Shown in pieces: positions 1-11,872 of a stretch of 35,091 bases of DNA. The first letter of the stretch is position 1, and every line of letters starts with the position of its first letter. A model generated the notes under the pieces. It searched no databases. It saw only the letters and a list, made by a program, of their open reading frames with translations, and was not told the origin of the DNA. Origin of the DNA: Octopus bimaculoides (Eukaryota). The position numbers and the translations under genes are program-made. The DNA lies in assembly GCF_001194135.2 (NCBI RefSeq), contig NC_068987.1:83106158-83141248 (forward strand), in the 5' to 3' direction.

Positions 1-38
<38 letters not shown>

Positions 39-201
39 CGACGAGCTTCTTTCAATTTCCGTCTACCAAATCCACTCACAAGGCTTTGGTTGGCCCAAGG
101 CTATAGTAGAAGACACTTGCCCAAGGTGCCACACAGTGGGACTGAACCCGGAACCATGTGGTTGGTAAGCATGCTACTTACCACGCAGCCACTGCTGCGC
201 C
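1..201 (-). mobile_element. tRNA-derived SINE family A (Octopus OK-like), 5' half
   Basis: Reverse complement of the head GGCGCAGGAGTGGCTGTGTGGTAAG...GGTTCAGTCCC (A/B boxes), near-identical to the 1095 copy. Confidence 0.85.
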
Positions 202-1094
202 TATGTGTATATAATAATTATATAAGTGTTGGGTCAATCCATTTGAGTAAGCTCCTCCGAGGTGGTGCCCCAGCATGGCCACAGTCCAATCGCTCAAACA
301 AGTAAAAGACAACTGATAAAGACAAACATTTACTCACAACAAGCATAAGACATTTTGTTGTTTGTGAGAGGAACTGTGAGGATATAGTTCTAATGAAGTA
401 AGTAACAACCTATACACAACTTCTACACGATATTAACCTCAGCGGGGTAAGCTTAAGATATGTACCATTTAGATTTTACGATGGACTTGTTGGCTGTGAA
501 AATACTGTTTCCAATTAATACATGAGAATGTTTTTACGTTTATGGAGCTGGACATCTAATGATAGCAGAGAAGAAAATGATTATAACAGGCAAAACACTA
601 ACAAAAATATGTAAAGAATAAACTAGAAAATCTTACTTATTTTTGCTAAATTATTCATTAAGTATTATAAATATTTCTATGCAGAAAACTTCTTGCCAGT
701 ATTATATGCATGTGTAGCCAATTAGGTTTCAACATATGTTACATGAGTTTAGCACATTGCTCAAGACACAGCTTATTAATAATGTATTAGTATTTAAAAA
801 GAGAAAAAATTAGATATAAGGGGAATTAATTGTAATACACAAATGAGAAGATTGCAGTGGTATAGCTATGAGATGTGTATGAAAACTGGCAGCTGGATGA
901 AAAATTGCCAAGGGACCTAGGTGGAAGGAACTTCAGTTAGAGGAAGAAGATGTGGGGAAAAAAAGTGGTAAGGGCTGATCTCAGGATGCTGAATCGTGTG
1001 AAGATGATAAGGGACTGCAACAAGTATGAGATGCTGTGCTGCAGAGCACCTGTGTAAGCCTTGCAAAGTAGATATAAAATGATGATGATTAATA

Positions 1095-1262
1095 GGCGCA
1101 GGAGTGGCTGTGTGGTAAGTAACTTGCTTACCAACCACATGGTTCCAGGTTCAGTCCCACTGCGTGGCACCTTGGGCAAGTGTCTTCTCTAGCTTCGGGC
1201 CGACCAAAGCCTTGTGAGTGGATTTGGTAGACGGAAACTGAAAGAAGCCCGTCGTATATATG

Positions 1263-1302
<40 letters not shown>

Positions 1303-1517
1303 TCTGTGTTTGTCCTCGCCACTATCGGTTGACAATTGATGCTGGTGTGTTTACGTCCCCGTAACTTAGCGGTTTGGCAAAAAGAGACCGATAGAATAAG
1401 TACTAGGCTTACATAGAATAAGTCCTGGGGTCGATTTGCTCGACTAAAGGCGCTGCTCCAGCATGGCCGCAGTCAAATAACTGAAACAAGTAAAAGAGTA
1501 AAAAAAAAGAGTAAAAT
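1095..1517 (+). mobile_element. SINE family A, full length
   Basis: A box TGGCTGTGTGG, B box GGTTCAGTCC, central (TA)/(TG)n, 3' tail ...GACTGAAACAAGTAAAAGAG. Many homologous copies in the window. Confidence 0.9.
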
Positions 1518-1519
1518 AT

Positions 1520-1690
1520 AGTTGTGTCGTTAAGAAGCTTGCTTTGCAACTGCAGGGTTTTGGGTTCAGTTCCATAGCATAGCACCTTGGGCAAGTGAGT
1601 TCTATAGCCCCAGGCAGACCTATGTCTTGTGGGTAAATTTGATTGATGGAATCAATATGGAAGCTCATTGTGTGTGTGTGTGTATGTATG
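1520..1690 (+). mobile_element. SINE family A, degenerate 5' half
   Basis: Diverged match to the 1095 copy; explains ORFs 1409-1594 and 1444-1815. Confidence 0.7.
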
Positions 1691-2199
1691 TGTGACCACT
1701 CTACTGCATGACAGCTGAAAACAAGCAAAAAATAAAAAAATAATAATCTGAATAAAAATATGGAACATGGCATTTTGATATATTTCACCTGTGAAACATA
1801 ACAAAGATCTTCCAAAGAAATTCAGCACAAAATGCGAAGGGTAACACTGAGAGACAAAAGTAAAGACGAAGAATTAATGTAGGGAGAAATATGGGGGTCA
1901 GGTTTAGTGGAAGCTAAGTTAATTTCTTTAACACAAGCCATCCAAAAATATTCTAATCAGATGTGATTAAGTATGGGGGTGAGGTGGGGGTGGTAAGAAA
2001 AGAAAAAACATTATTAAAGGAATGTATTTGATGATGTATTTGGAATAAAAACAGAATCATAGTTTTTCTTCACTGGAAGTTAATTACACATGAACAAACA
2101 GAAAAACAAGACGCAATATAAGGCAGTTTTTCTTTTTCAATTACAAATAGCTGATTAAATCTCATTTTATATATATATATATATGTATGTATGTGTGTA

Positions 2200-2818
2200 T
2201 TCTTTTCTACTCTAGGCACCAGGCCTGAAATTTTGGGGGAGGGAGCCAGTCAATTAGATCGACTCCAGTACACAACTGGTACTTATTTTGAACTCAGAAC
2301 ATAAAGACAGACAAAATACCGCGAAATATTTTGCCCAGCATGCTAACGTTTCTTATTTCTTTATTGCCTACAAGGGGCTAAACATAAAAGGGACAAACAA
2401 GGACAGACAAAGGGATTAAGTCGATTACGTCGACCTAAGTGCATAACTGGTACTTAATTTATCGACCCCGAAAGGATGAAAGGTAAAGTTGACCTCGGCA
2501 GAATTTGAACTCAGAATGTAGCGGCATACGAATTACCGATAAGCATTTCGCCCGGCATGCTAACGTTTCTGCCAGCTCACCGCCTAAATAACAATATTTT
2601 AAGAATCTTTCTTACTCTAGGCTTAAGGCCCGAAATTTTGTGGGAGGGGGCCAGTCAATTAGATCGACTCCAGTACGCAACTGGTACTTAATTTATTGAC
2701 CCCAGAAGGATGAAAGGCAAAGTCAGCCTTGGTGGAATTTGAACTCAGAACGTAAAGACAGACGAAATACCGATATACATTTCACCTGCTGTGCTAACAT
2801 TTCTGCCAGCTCGCTGTC
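2200..2818 (-). mobile_element. Three adjacent copies of tRNA-derived SINE family B with a CORE-like central domain (~2200-2350, 2352-2584, 2607-2818)
   Basis: Reverse complement of the head GGCGGCGAGCTGGCAGAA...GTTCTGAGTTCAAATTC and of the central GTCGACTTTGCCTTTCATCCTTTCGGGGTCGATAAATTAAGTACCAG. Confidence 0.85.
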
Positions 2819-2894
2819 TTATATGTATATATGAAGGAAAAAAAGGACCTTAAAACTCAAGAATGACTGAAGATACTGAGAGTTAAAAAAAAAA

Positions 2895-3050
2895 AAAGTA
2901 AAGGACCCAAGATTGTGTGGTTTGAGGTTCAATACCACAGTGTGACACCTTGGGCATGTTTTGTACTGTAGCCTTTGTCTGACCAGCCTTGTGAGTGGGT
3001 TTAGTTGTTGACTAAAACTGAAAGAAGTCCTTTGTGTGTGTGTGTAATAA
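2895..3050 (+). mobile_element. SINE family A, degenerate 5' half
   Basis: TGTGTGGTT...GGTTCAAT...CACCTTGGGCA...AACTGAAAGAAG pattern. Confidence 0.7.
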
Positions 3051-3242
3051 ATATACATACATCAGTTTGATTTGGCATGGTTTCTATGGTTGGATGCTCT
3101 CCCTAATGCCAACCACCTTACAGAGTATACTGGGTTTTACGTGGCACAGCACGGGCACCCTTTATGTGACACTGCATGGACGTTTTTACATGAAACTGCA
3201 CACACACACACACACACACACACGTACATGTATGTATGTATG

Positions 3243-3416
3243 TGTTGTGTCGACGCCCCCAAGTGAAGAAGTAGGCTCAACCAAGACCTATAAATAGAAG
3301 TAGTCTGACCGTGGTAGCGGTGGACTGACAGTCGACTGACAGTTGAGTAGCCGTCGAGTAGCTGACGAGTTGAGATCATCCGAAGGTGCTAGATAGCAGT
3401 AGCTTGAGACATAACA
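3243..3416. mobile_element. Probable solo LTR (174 bp)
   Basis: Ends TGTTGTGTC...GACATAACA (9-bp imperfect inverted termini, TG..CA), GTATG on both flanks, internal TATAAATA, CpG-rich relative to its surroundings. Confidence 0.65.
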
Positions 3417-3449
3417 GTATGTATGTATGTATGTATGTTACTTAATGTT

Positions 3450-3752
3450 AAAGGAAGGAGTGTTCAGTACATGTTGTAAAGGATGTGTTTTGTTTTTAAT
3501 AAAAATATTGTGTGTGCACCTTTGTCTAAATATCACCTGATGGTTGTAAATGAGCATCATCCTTGTACAGGTGAAGCTGTTTAATTCCAGTCTCCTGTGA
3601 AAATTGTGTTGGGCCATGAGAGATATTACCTTGCTCAGAAACAAGGGAGGGTTAGCAACAGGAAAGGCATCTGGTCATAGAAAATCTGCCTCAACAAATT
3701 CCATCTGACCCTTGCAAGCATGGAAAATCGGACACTGAATGATGATGATGAT
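3450..3752 (+). mobile_element. RTE-tailed repeat family D copy
   Basis: Ends GGAAAGGCATCTGG...GCATGGAAAATCGGACAC...(GAT)n, shared with about 20 other copies in the window. Confidence 0.75.
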
Positions 3753-4186
3753 GTGTGTATGAATGTGTGTGTCAGCCTTTCAAGTATTCTAATTTTGAAT
3801 TACATTTACACTTTTAAGAAAATAAGGATTTTTCTTCATTCCTTTTATTTCAGGTGGGAGGTGTATGTGTGTGTGTGTGTGTGTGAGGAGAGTAGTTAAA
3901 CTTAGATAAATTCAATGAGAATTGTGCTATAAATAAAATATTGTTGGGTTGCGACAATATAGCTGCAGAATAGAAATGATATATAATAGTTTAGTGGAAT
4001 GAATTTAAAATGAAAATCAATAAAAAGCAAAAGGAATAATCATTTTGATTTTATAATTTGTTAAGAATCTAAATTTCTTTTTAAATTTTTGAAGTCAATT
4101 TTCACTTGTATTAAAGCATTCATTCAGGCAAAATGTAATGGAATAAACAAATATTTATTTTCCACTAAATATATTAAATTGTCAGT

Positions 4187-4690
4187 NNNNNNNNNNNNNN
4201 NNNNNNNNNNNNNNNNNNNNNNNNNNNNNNNNNNNNNNNNNNNNNNNNNNNNNNNNNNNNNNNNNNNNNNNNNNNNNNNNNNNNNNNNNNNNNNNNNNNN
4301 NNNNNNNNNNNNNNNNNNNNNNNNNNNNNNNNNNNNNNNNNNNNNNNNNNNNNNNNNNNNNNNNNNNNNNNNNNNNNNNNNNNNNNNNNNNNNNNNNNNN
4401 NNNNNNNNNNNNNNNNNNNNNNNNNNNNNNNNNNNNNNNNNNNNNNNNNNNNNNNNNNNNNNNNNNNNNNNNNNNNNNNNNNNNNNNNNNNNNNNNNNNN
4501 NNNNNNNNNNNNNNNNNNNNNNNNNNNNNNNNNNNNNNNNNNNNNNNNNNNNNNNNNNNNNNNNNNNNNNNNNNNNNNNNNNNNNNNNNNNNNNNNNNNN
4601 NNNNNNNNNNNNNNNNNNNNNNNNNNNNNNNNNNNNNNNNNNNNNNNNNNNNNNNNNNNNNNNNNNNNNNNNNNNNNNNNNNNNNNNNNN
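4187..4690. other. Assembly gap (N-run); others at 8853-9680, 15715-15794, 20652-21448, 23160-23244, 27182-27902, 28759-29140, 34014-34117
   Basis: N bases directly visible; several gaps abut (TA)n microsatellites. Confidence 1.
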
Positions 4691-4738
<48 letters not shown>

Positions 4739-5237
4739 CTAGATAGATAGACAGATAGACACACACACATATAGGTGTTTAAGAGAAGGTACACTAAAAT
4801 ATCCATTGATACAGCACTGAAAAGAAAGTACATGATAACAACCTAATATTACATGAACAGCTAGAAATAGCAGCTTGCTCTCCTCCTCAGATAAAACTCC
4901 TTTTTCCTTTCTCTCATTTTTCATATCCTTTTATTAACCCCTTATTCCTATAAATATCGATCTCTACAACATTATCCTCAACAGCCACCTAGTACTTTTC
5001 ATCAATATATATTTCCCTCTCAGTTGGAGTGTAGATCTATCTACCTCTCTATTTAGACATATTCTATTTTCCTTACTGTTGTATGTACTCTTCTTCTTAT
5101 GATGGATGGTTTGCATATTACAGTCTGTGTTTTAGAAAAACTGCATTGATCTGCATTTAATATGTAACTTCCACAGAAACAGATGTAAAGAACTATCTGC
5201 AACTTACCTTTTTATTATTGAAGAGTTTTTCACCAGT

Positions 5238-5351
5238 GATCCCCTGGATCTTATCTATTATGATCCTATGGATCTTACCTATTATGAATCCCTGGATCTT
5301 ACTTGCCTATTATGATTCCCTGGATCTTACCTGTTGTGATCCCATGGATCT
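5238..5351. repeat. Minisatellite, about 4.6 copies of a 24-bp unit (GATCCCNTGGATCTTACCTATTAT)
   Basis: Units start at 5238, 5262, 5286 (28 bp), 5314 and 5338. Confidence 0.85.
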
Positions 5352-5892
5352 AGGTCAAATCAACATTAAAGACTTCACAGATACTCTTCTGTCTCATCCT
5401 GGTCTATTCCTGCTTCTGCCAAAATCATGATGAACTTTCACCTTTCAGATCTTTCCTGGTTTCCTGCTATATTTTTATATATATATTTATGTGTATTTTT
5501 GTTCTCTCTTCAATATGTTATCTGAAAATGTTATAAATTCATTTGATACCTTGCAACTCATCATCATCATCGTCGTCATCATCATTTCACATCTATGCTT
5601 CATTTTGGCATGGTTTGAACAGTTTGATAGGACCTGATAAGCTCCAAGGATTGCATTGTGCTCCGGTGTCTACTCTGGACGCCATTCCTAATGCCCACCA
5701 CTTTGGAATGTTGACTGGGTTCTTTTTTTTTCTTTCATGCCACCAGCACCGTTGAGGTTGCCATGCAGCTTACAGGACTACAAACCCTGTTTGAAAATGA
5801 AGAATATTTTCTTTCTCACCTTTTTTTTTTTCCAATGAGAATTTAAGTAGAGTGAATTTGGAGTTCAGGTATACTTTATAATTATGAATATG

Positions 5893-6300
5893 AGGTGCAA
5901 GTGTGACTGTGTGGTTAAGAAGATTGCTTACCAACCACATGGTTTTGGGTTCAATCCTACTGCAAGGCACTTTGGGCAAGTGACTTCTACTATTGCTCCA
6001 GGCTGCCAAAACCTTGTGTCTGGGTTTGGTAGATGGAAACTGAAAGATACCTGTCGTGTGTGTGTGCGTGCACGTATGGTTGTGTGTTTGTGTCTCCTTC
6101 TCTTGGCATTGCATAATAGCAGTGACGTTCGTTACCAACATTCTGCTTAAATATGTCTTGCAATGGGAAAATATTACCTTACTTGGAAACAGGTGAGGGT
6201 TGGTGGCATGAAGGGCATCCAGCCTTAGAAAACCTGCCTCAATAAATTTTGTTCATCTCTTGCAAGCATGAGAAAGTGGACATTAAGATGATGATGGTGT
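5893..6300 (+). mobile_element. Degenerate SINE A head/body running into a family D tail
   Basis: GTGACTGTGTGGTTAAG...GGTTCAATCC, then AAGGGCATCCAGCC...GGACATTAAGATGATGATG. Confidence 0.7.
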
Positions 6301-6461
6301 GTGTGTGTGTGTGTGTGTTTTTGTGTCTCCTTGTCGTGACTACCTGTGGTTGTTGTAAATGAATGGCATTCATTTTGGATATTCTGCAGAAACATGTCAG
6401 GCAAGGGGTAAAGTATTACTTTGCATGGGATCAAATAAGAGCTAGCCACAAGAAGAGCGTC

Positions 6462-6465
<4 letters not shown>

Positions 6466-6494
<29 letters not shown>

Positions 6495-6502
6495 AAGTAG
6501 TA
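6466..6502. repeat. (AGT)n microsatellite inside a family D copy
   Basis: Direct tandem trinucleotide. Confidence 0.9.
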
Positions 6503-6647
6503 GATCTGCCCCCAACAGATCCCATCCAACCCATGCAAGCATGGAAAAATAAACGTTAAAACAATGATGATGACAATGATGGTTATATTTAATATTTTTA
6601 CTGAAGCAACAAGCATACACATTCGTTTTTTTTTTTTTGTTTATTAG

Positions 6648-6806
6648 AGACCAACCAAAATACATTGCGAGAACTGGATGGAATTGATGTATTAGTAAAC
6701 ATAATTAAGCTATACACACTTGCTACCGACAATGTTTATAACGCTGATTATTTGAAAACTGCTGTTCTATTAACTTCAGCTCTTGATACATGTCTTTTGG
6801 GTAACG
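6648..6806 (+). CDS. TERB1: TERB1 ARM-repeat exon (phase 1-1, 159 nt)
   Basis: Poly-T tract then TTAG|AG acceptor; ACG|GTAAGT donor. Translation TNQNTLRELDGIDVLVNIIKLYTLATDNVYNADYLKTAVLLTSALDTCLLGN resembles human TYVQKYFVSVGGLDVLSQV...KLAVVVTKTVDACIADN. Not in the ORF track because it has no start codon. Confidence 0.88.
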
Positions 6807-6834
6807 GTAAGTATTCTTTGATTTTTTAAAAATT

Positions 6835-7232
6835 TTCTATTCGTTTCAGTCATTTGACTACGGCCATGCTGGAGTACCACCTTTAGTCGAGTAAATCGAC
6901 CCCAGGGCTTATTCTTTGTAAGCCTAGTACTTATTCTATTGGTTCCTTTTGCCAAACTGCTAAATTACAGGGATGTGAACACACCAGCATCGGTTGTCAA
7001 GCGATGTTGGTGGGAGGCAAACACAGACACACAAACACACACACGCACACACACACGCACATATATATACGAAGGGCTTCTTTCAGTTTCCATCTACCAA
7101 ATCCACTCACAAGGCTTTGGTTGACTCAAGGCTATAGTAGAAGACACTTGCCCAAGGTGCCAAGCCGTGGGACTGAACCCGGAACCATGTGGTTGGTAAG
7201 CAAGCTACTTACCACACAGCCACTCCTGTGCC
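6835..7232 (-). mobile_element. SINE family A, full length
   Basis: Reverse complement of the 1095 copy; begins about 30 bp after the TERB1 donor at 6806. Confidence 0.9.
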
Positions 7233-7439
7233 TATTAGAAACTTTAACTTTAGAACTACTGGTGTACATAGGATAGAGAACTGGCTTTACTTTTCTTTGG
7301 AGATGAGAGCTTAATGATGATGATAAGGAAGAGGAAGAAACAAGTGTCTGCTTTGTCCTTTGCAGAGCCTCTGACATTGATATGGTTGATGTTCAGTTTG
7401 AACACCTGTCAATTAACATTCTTTTCATATTACAACTTG

Positions 7440-7815
7440 CAGTGGTCCTATTCATGCCTGGCACCCAATCCAGCAATTGTACTGTACCCACAAAAAACCA
7501 AACTCGCAATCTTCAGTTCGGTTTGTGTGCCTATCCTCATTAACGACCAAAAAAACGCTCAATCATGAACGGGGTTCCTTCTAAGGATCTCCACTCTGCA
7601 GTAATGTTATTTGACATGGTGCATAGCTCAGAGAACAGGGAGTCTGTCCAGATCAAGCTTCTACTTCTCATCGAGAGGTCACAACTCCAGTACTATAGAT
7701 ATGTGATTAGAATGTTGTAGGAAAGAATTGCAAGATAGATTCTTCAAGCTGAGCTAACCAGCAGGAAACCTAGGGGCAGACCAAAGCTGAATTTGTTTGA
7801 TAGTATCCATAGTCT
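7440..7815 (+). mobile_element. Degenerate RTE-like LINE, C-terminal RT region
   Basis: KTKLAIFSSVCVPIL and, across frameshifts, RSQLQYYRYVIRML*ERIAR*ILQAELTSRKPRGRPKL, matching the LRWFGHV.RM...RGRPK C-terminal pattern of RTE-clade ORF2. Confidence 0.7.
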
Positions 7816-8469
7816 CAGTTGGTCACACTAAAAGCATTATATACCGAAAGAGTGATAACCAAGCTTAAATCCGTTATAAGGGTTAAGTTGCCCAGGGAGA
7901 TGTACGGTGAAAACATAAAAGCTATTCTAATCGATAAGGAAAAATATAAAAAGTTGAAGGAAAAGTGTCAAATTGAGCATCCGGGATTTGTGGTGCAGTT
8001 CGTTGCACTGCTGCCAGTAGTAGAACTAAGTGAACTAGATCCGTACATCAGATATTAAAAAAAAAAAAGAGAGTAAAATGGTTTTAAAAAAAAGAAGGAA
8101 AAAAGAGTAAACAAAATGATGCTAATAGTGAAAAAATAAGGAAAACGAAGAAGATTACAAACTGAAAGTAAGAACGTTGAAATGGTACTGCTTGTGAGTG
8201 GGGCACATGCTGCCATTTCATCACCATCGATTTCGTTGTACATTTTTCCATTTTTCATTCGTTTTATGTTTTTTGTCCCCACTGTGGTGTTCTGTCTGTC
8301 CTTGTACTGTCCCCTCTCTGTCATGGCCTAGGTGCCAAATAAAAAGAATTACAGTTGGTCACGCTTAATAATTCCACTACTGTGGTTGCTTGAAATCTCC
8401 TTCCAAATTCTAGGAGCTCCTATAGCTTATGGAGAGAGGACATGTTATTTGGAAGGACATTGCCAGTGA

Positions 8470-8672
8470 CATGTAAATGGCACCTGTGCTGGTGGCATGT
8501 AGAAAGCGCCCATTACACTCTTGGAGTGGTTGGCATTAGGAAAGGCATCCAGCCGTAAAAATCAAGCCAAATCAGACTGGAACCTGGTGCAGCTCTCCGG
8601 CTTATATCAGTTCCCGTCAAATTGTCTAACCCATGTCAGCATGGAAAGTAGATGTTAAATGATGGTGATGAT
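8470..8672 (+). mobile_element. Family D copy
   Basis: GGAGTGGTTGGCATTAGGAAAGGCATCCAGCC...GATGTTAAATGATG. Confidence 0.8.
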
Positions 8673-9680
8673 TACATCAGTAAAACAAGTGTACCCTCTA
8701 TTAGTGGGATAACTAATCTGGAAAAAGACACAGAATTCCAGACACAAATAACACTCAGAGAAGAAAATTGGTTGGGAAAAGTCCTTAAAGTATAGTCCCA
8801 AACTTTTTCAGGCTGCCACCTCCTTGACACCTAGACCACATTCCTAGCAGCCNNNNNNNNNNNNNNNNNNNNNNNNNNNNNNNNNNNNNNNNNNNNNNNN
8901 NNNNNNNNNNNNNNNNNNNNNNNNNNNNNNNNNNNNNNNNNNNNNNNNNNNNNNNNNNNNNNNNNNNNNNNNNNNNNNNNNNNNNNNNNNNNNNNNNNNN
9001 NNNNNNNNNNNNNNNNNNNNNNNNNNNNNNNNNNNNNNNNNNNNNNNNNNNNNNNNNNNNNNNNNNNNNNNNNNNNNNNNNNNNNNNNNNNNNNNNNNNN
9101 NNNNNNNNNNNNNNNNNNNNNNNNNNNNNNNNNNNNNNNNNNNNNNNNNNNNNNNNNNNNNNNNNNNNNNNNNNNNNNNNNNNNNNNNNNNNNNNNNNNN
9201 NNNNNNNNNNNNNNNNNNNNNNNNNNNNNNNNNNNNNNNNNNNNNNNNNNNNNNNNNNNNNNNNNNNNNNNNNNNNNNNNNNNNNNNNNNNNNNNNNNNN
9301 NNNNNNNNNNNNNNNNNNNNNNNNNNNNNNNNNNNNNNNNNNNNNNNNNNNNNNNNNNNNNNNNNNNNNNNNNNNNNNNNNNNNNNNNNNNNNNNNNNNN
9401 NNNNNNNNNNNNNNNNNNNNNNNNNNNNNNNNNNNNNNNNNNNNNNNNNNNNNNNNNNNNNNNNNNNNNNNNNNNNNNNNNNNNNNNNNNNNNNNNNNNN
9501 NNNNNNNNNNNNNNNNNNNNNNNNNNNNNNNNNNNNNNNNNNNNNNNNNNNNNNNNNNNNNNNNNNNNNNNNNNNNNNNNNNNNNNNNNNNNNNNNNNNN
9601 NNNNNNNNNNNNNNNNNNNNNNNNNNNNNNNNNNNNNNNNNNNNNNNNNNNNNNNNNNNNNNNNNNNNNNNNNNNNNNNN

Positions 9681-10022
9681 ACAAGGACAGACAAACGGAT
9701 TAAGTTGATTATATCGGCTCCAGTGCATAACTGGTACTTATTTAATCAACCTCAAAAGGATGAAAGGCAAAGTCGACCTCGGAGGAATTTGAACTCAGAA
9801 CATAGCGGCAGACGAAATACCACTAAGCATTTCGCCCGGTGTGCTAACGTTTCTACCAGCTTGCCGCTTCTTTCAGTTTCTGTCTAACAAATCCACTCAC
9901 AAGGCTTTGGTTGGCCTGAGGCTATAGTTGAAGACACTTGACCAAGGTGCCACGCAGTGGGACTGAACCCGAAACCATGTGGTTGGTAAGCAAGCTACTT
10001 ACCACACAGCCACTCCTGCGCC
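9681..10022 (-). mobile_element. SINE B (9681-9867) joined directly to a 3'-truncated SINE A (9868-10022)
   Basis: Both are reverse complements of the family consensus seen elsewhere in the window, with no spacer between them. Confidence 0.85.
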
Positions 10023-10067
10023 TATGTTTGTTTATTTTTCATAACTGTTGAACAATATCATCATTAA

Positions 10068-10445
10068 GCACGGCTGTGTGGTAAGAAGCTTGCTTCTCAA
10101 CTATGTGGTTCTGGGTTCAGTCCCACTGTATGGCACCATGGGCAAGTGTCTTCTACTATAGCCTCAGGCCAACCAAAGCCTTATTTGTGGATTTGATAGA
10201 CGGAAACTGAAAGAAGCCCATTGTATATATGTATATGCGTGTGTGTTTGTGTCTGTGTTTGTCTCCCACCACCGTTTGACAATTGGTGTTGGTGTCTTTA
10301 CATCTCCATAACTTAGTGATATGGCAAAAGAGATTAGTAGAATTAGTACCAGGTTTATAAAATTAGTACTGGGGTCAATTCATTCAACTTAAAATTCAAG
10401 TTGATGCCTCAGCATGGCCACAGCCTAATGACTGAAACATATAAC
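10068..10445 (+). mobile_element. SINE family A, near full length, moderately diverged
   Basis: Head, body and tail all match the 1095 copy. Confidence 0.85.
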
Positions 10446-11459
10446 ACATCAAGGATTAGTTACAAGTTGCAAGGGAGTGTTTGTAACTTGTTGCAGAACA
10501 AATATAGTAAAGAAAGTTTTTGAAGAGCACTTTCTTTTTTTTCACTCTTCCACTGATGTTTGCATCCTTCACCAACTTACATAATGTACATCTGTAAAAG
10601 ATACACATATACGCACACACTCACACATGCACATACACACATATCAGTCAGGTTTCTATACAGTTTCCAGCTGTCAGTTTACTTCTCGAAGTATTGGTTG
10701 CCTCAGGGCTTTGTTAGAAAATTTGCTCAAAAGTAAAAAAAAACATGCCTGAGGTCAAACCTAAAAACACCTGCTTGTGAAACAAACATCAGAAGCCTAC
10801 AGTTATGTCTGTACTCTGTGTGTGTGTGTGTGTGTGTGTAATTATGATGTCACTGATTATAGCTCAGATAGAATCTACAACATTATCATTCCTGGTTGGG
10901 CTACCACTGGTAATGCTTGTTAACATCTCTTGTCAACAAATTGTCTATTGCCTCTATCTTTTTAAACTCCTTTAGAACAAAAAAAAAAAAATCCCTTATT
11001 TGTAAAAGAGATATAAGTTGGTAACAGAAAATGCATCTGGCTGTAAAAATCTTGCCCGAATTTCCTTCTGTCTAAGCTATGTTGGCACAGAAAACAGATT
11101 TTAAATGGAATAAACAACTTAACTACATGGCTGTTTTCCAAATATTTATGAGAAATAAAGTATTATTTAAGATGTTTTTTGCTCATTACATTTTAGATTC
11201 CTTTGTTGTATGAATTCATATTTCTACGTAGCTCATTTTTAAAATTATTTATTTCTTATTTAAGTTTTTGATTGGATTACATTTTCCTGGAAATTTTATC
11301 TTCAGTAGAGGCTAAATTTGTCCAGACATGCAGTTGCTAGTGATTACTTGCTTCTAATGACACTCAAAGATACAGAGATCTAGATTTAACAATTCCCTCA
11401 TTACTGCTAGATGCTATTCTTCTGCTTCTGATATACTTCTGTGTTTTTTTGCACTGCAT

Positions 11460-11810
11460 ATGCTAGTGTCACATAAAAAGCACCTGTATGGGTACTACAT
11501 AAACACACCCATGCTAATACTGCGTAAAAGCACTCAGTACATTTTGTAAAGTGGTTGGTATTAGGAAGGGCATCCAACTATAGAAACCATGCCAAACAGA
11601 CCTCACCTGTGCTGGTGCCACGTATAAAGCAACCAGTCCACTCTGTAAAGTGGTTCATGTGAGGAAGGGCATCCAGCTGTAAGAACCATGCCAAAACAGA
11701 CAGTGAAGCCTGGTGCCATCTTCTACCTAGCCAACTCCTCTCAAATTGTCTGATCCATGATAGCATGTAAAACAGACGTTAAATGATGATGGTAATGATG
11801 ATGATGACAA
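11460..11810 (+). mobile_element. Family D copy with internal duplication
   Basis: Two AGGAAGGGCATCCA blocks; ends ACGTTAAATGATGATG. Confidence 0.75.
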
Positions 11811-11872
11811 TCCTCCTTGTTAAGTTAGATATTCATATTGCTATTTTGAAAACTAATTCTATTTCAGTTACT

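Noticed and set aside
1095-1170. tRNA-like heads of the SINEs as tRNA genes
   Set aside because: They have A/B boxes but no complete cloverleaf, and they continue into SINE bodies.
1716-1847. Minus-strand exon-like segment (TCTCAG|...LPFAFCAEFLWKIFVMFH|GTGAAA) plus a 74-nt intron
   Set aside because: The splice signals look plausible, but I recognise no homology, the next exon runs into a SINE, and there are no other supporting exons.
4089-4833. Long ORFs spanning N-runs (also 8785-9728, 20607-21662, 26984-27979, 28699-29367)
   Set aside because: Artefacts of N bases and (TA)n repeats having no stop codons.
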